55,573 bases of DNA from Octopus bimaculoides (taxonomy: Eukaryota): positions 2,167,363 through 2,222,935 of the forward strand of contig NC_068992.1 in NCBI RefSeq assembly GCF_001194135.2. The letters are read 5' to 3'. Positions 53,587 to 55,573 of this stretch are shown piece after piece (position 1 is the stretch's first letter; each line of letters begins with the position of its first letter). The translations under genes were made by a program, and so were the position numbers. The notes under the pieces were generated by a model, which saw only the letters and a list, made by a program, of their open reading frames with translations, did not search any database and was not told where the DNA came from.

Positions 53587-54533
53587 ACAGACCTGGATTT
53601 TCTAATCCAGACACTAAGAATATTCAGTAAAGACACTAGGAAGCCGTTTGGAGTAGATAAGTGTACAGTACTAAATATGAAGAGAGGCCGGAATATAAAG
53701 CCTGATGGCATAAAATTACCACATGACAACACCATTCAATCTCGACTTCGCTAGCCAGAGATACTGAAAAAGTGAGAGAAAGAGTAGAAGAATTCAAAGA
53801 GAAAAGGAAGAACAATAAAATGTACAAATGGAGAGGAATTGAACTGAATGATCAACTCCCGTAACAAACCGAAAATCTTGAAAGTGAATCCTGCTGGCTT
53901 TGGTGTTGACGGACGGGTACTTGAAACAAGAAACAGAAACATTAATTACAGCCGCTAACGAATCTGAATAAGGCAAAGATCGACGAAAATCAGTCAGACA
54001 ACAAATGTAGAATCGGCAGGAAAGGAGACGAGGGTATCAGTCACATTTTAAGTGAGTGCAGTATACTAAAACGAAAGGAATGTCATCGCAGACAAGTATA
54101 TCCGTAAAAGAGTACGTTGGGATGTTAGCTGAGCATGCAGCTTCAAAACAACGGAAAAGTGGTATGAAATAATAGAAAATGTGAATTACAAGATCGTGTG
54201 GCACTTTGCCATAAAGACCGACCATACTATTCAGACAAGAAGACCAGACAGGATTATAGGAGACAGAAAGAAAAGAGCAAATAAACAGTGCAAAATCATA
54301 GATCTAGCATTTCCTTATCATTGTAGAGTTGATACCAAAGAAATGGGGAAAAAATTGAGAAATATCCGCATGTAGCCAGAGAGCTTAGGAGACTGTAGAA
54401 AACCAAGGCAACAATTATTCATGTGGTAATAGGCTACCTAAAAGACTGAAAAAAATTGTAATACAGTCTCATTGTCAACCTGCAGGAAAGTACCGTCCTA
54501 TATTCTGCAAGAATCATAAGAAAAATTCTTGAC
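53587..54533 (+). mobile_element. Decayed R4/Dong-like (RLE-endonuclease) non-LTR retrotransposon, 5'-truncated and internally deleted
   Basis: Manual translation across stops and frameshifts gives the late-RT segment TDLDFLIQTLRIFSKDTRKPFGVDKCTVLNMKRG, then YLKQETETLITAA, the zinc-knuckle region NKCRIGRKGDEGISHILSEC, the PD-(D/E)xK region KIVWHFAIKTDHTIQTRRPDRII...KIIDLAFP...EKYPHVARELRRL, and the C-terminus LQESTVLYSARIIRKILD. Confidence 0.85.
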
Positions 54534-54909
54534 AGTGGTGGTGGAGGTGATGTTGTTATTGATTCTGATGCTACTACCTACTTCCATGTTTGATAGATCA
54601 GCCAAAGTGCTGAGGAGCCTTGACGGCGAAAGACAATTTCACCTTCTAAACTATTTCCCATCATGTCCTCTCGGTTTGGCGAAGAAAACCACACCACATT
54701 AAATTTTAAATAAATATATCGAAAAACATTAATTTTGCTTTTTTTCGATATTTCGCCCCATAGGGCAGGTAAGAATAACTTTTTCTCAGACCTTTATGGC
54801 CAGCTCAAAACATGACACACGGGAAAAAAAATAGACTTATAATAATGAAAAGAAGTCAATAACACACAGAATGTTCGCAACACGACTAGTCTTGGGGATA
54901 AACAACAGC

Positions 54910-54944
<35 letters not shown>

Positions 54945-54997
54945 ATTCAAATTTGAAGAGAAATCAACATCTTTTGGTGGGCGTGTCTAAATGAACC

Positions 54998-55125
54998 CTG
55001 GTACTATAATATATTTTATTTTATCGATTCCAATCGAGAGTGGAAGCCAGCATCTAAAGAACCGTAACTTAATACAGCTAGATATTTTGTCGACACACTC
55101 TGACAGTTTTGTCAAAATCATCGCT
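54998..55125 (-). mobile_element. SINE family A, very decayed remnant
   Basis: CTGGTACT...TTTATCGATTCC and AATACAGCTAGATATTTTGTC...TTTTGTCAAAATCATCGC loosely follow family A. A similar short remnant lies at about 6325-6380. Confidence 0.35.
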
Positions 55126-55533
55126 GCTTCGTGATAATAATGATTTCCGAGGAGTAAGACCAGACGCTCAAAGAATAAAGAAAACAAAATGAAGGATAAC
55201 CAAATCGGCGTTTCGTAAAACGAATCTATTTGAATCAAGTAATGTGTGTATAATGTATATCCCGTTCTACGTCATCAGATATCTATGGCCTTATAAAACA
55301 CTATGCAACTATCTAGATTTTCTGGTTACAGAAGTAAGTGCGATTGATTCTTTCGGCAGATGTTACAAAGATGTTTGGTAACAATTTTGTTCGTGAGAAT
55401 CACCACAATCGATAAATTCTTTGATAACCAGGACACGTGTTTCGGTAAAAACACAAGCATAGAGATACACTCACTCTTGCAAACACATATATACGTACAC
55501 ACTTACATACATGCATACATATATATATATATA

Positions 55534-55573
<40 letters not shown>

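Noticed and set aside
54595-54630. SAKVLRSLD, resembling a second R4-like C-terminus
   Set aside because: Only nine residues with no further supporting homology.
55425-55450. Minus-strand GAAACACGTGTC (palindromic stem III plus GUC); also CCGATGA...GCCGAAAC at about 32060-32090
   Set aside because: The first has no CUGANGA upstream and the second has no convincing stem II; neither can be called hammerhead-like.

Overview
AT-rich eukaryotic DNA from a gapped draft assembly (about 17 N-gaps, most flanked by (AT)n or other simple repeats). The SINE and LINE families look to me like octopus repeats; that is recognition from memory, not a database result. I find no intact protein-coding gene, rRNA, true tRNA or CRISPR array, and nearly all ORFs in the track are microsatellite or N-run artefacts. 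The window reads as a long intron or intergenic region. It holds four or more tRNA-derived SINE families, decayed LINE fragments (R4/Dong-like with an RLE endonuclease, Tx1/L1-like, CR1-group-like), a probable hAT transposase relic and many simple repeats. Three signals stand out. (1) Four unrelated short repeat families carry motifs that fold into minimal type I hammerhead-ribozyme topology of the Penelope-like-element kind, some with non-canonical cores and one attached to a tRNA-headed SINE. (2) A consensus-matching 3'-splice-site/5'-splice-site fusion (polypyrimidine-CAG|GTAAGT) at 27111 is a candidate recursive splice point. (3) One SINE shares its 3' tail with the Tx1-like LINE in the same window. 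All functional claims are untested inferences.
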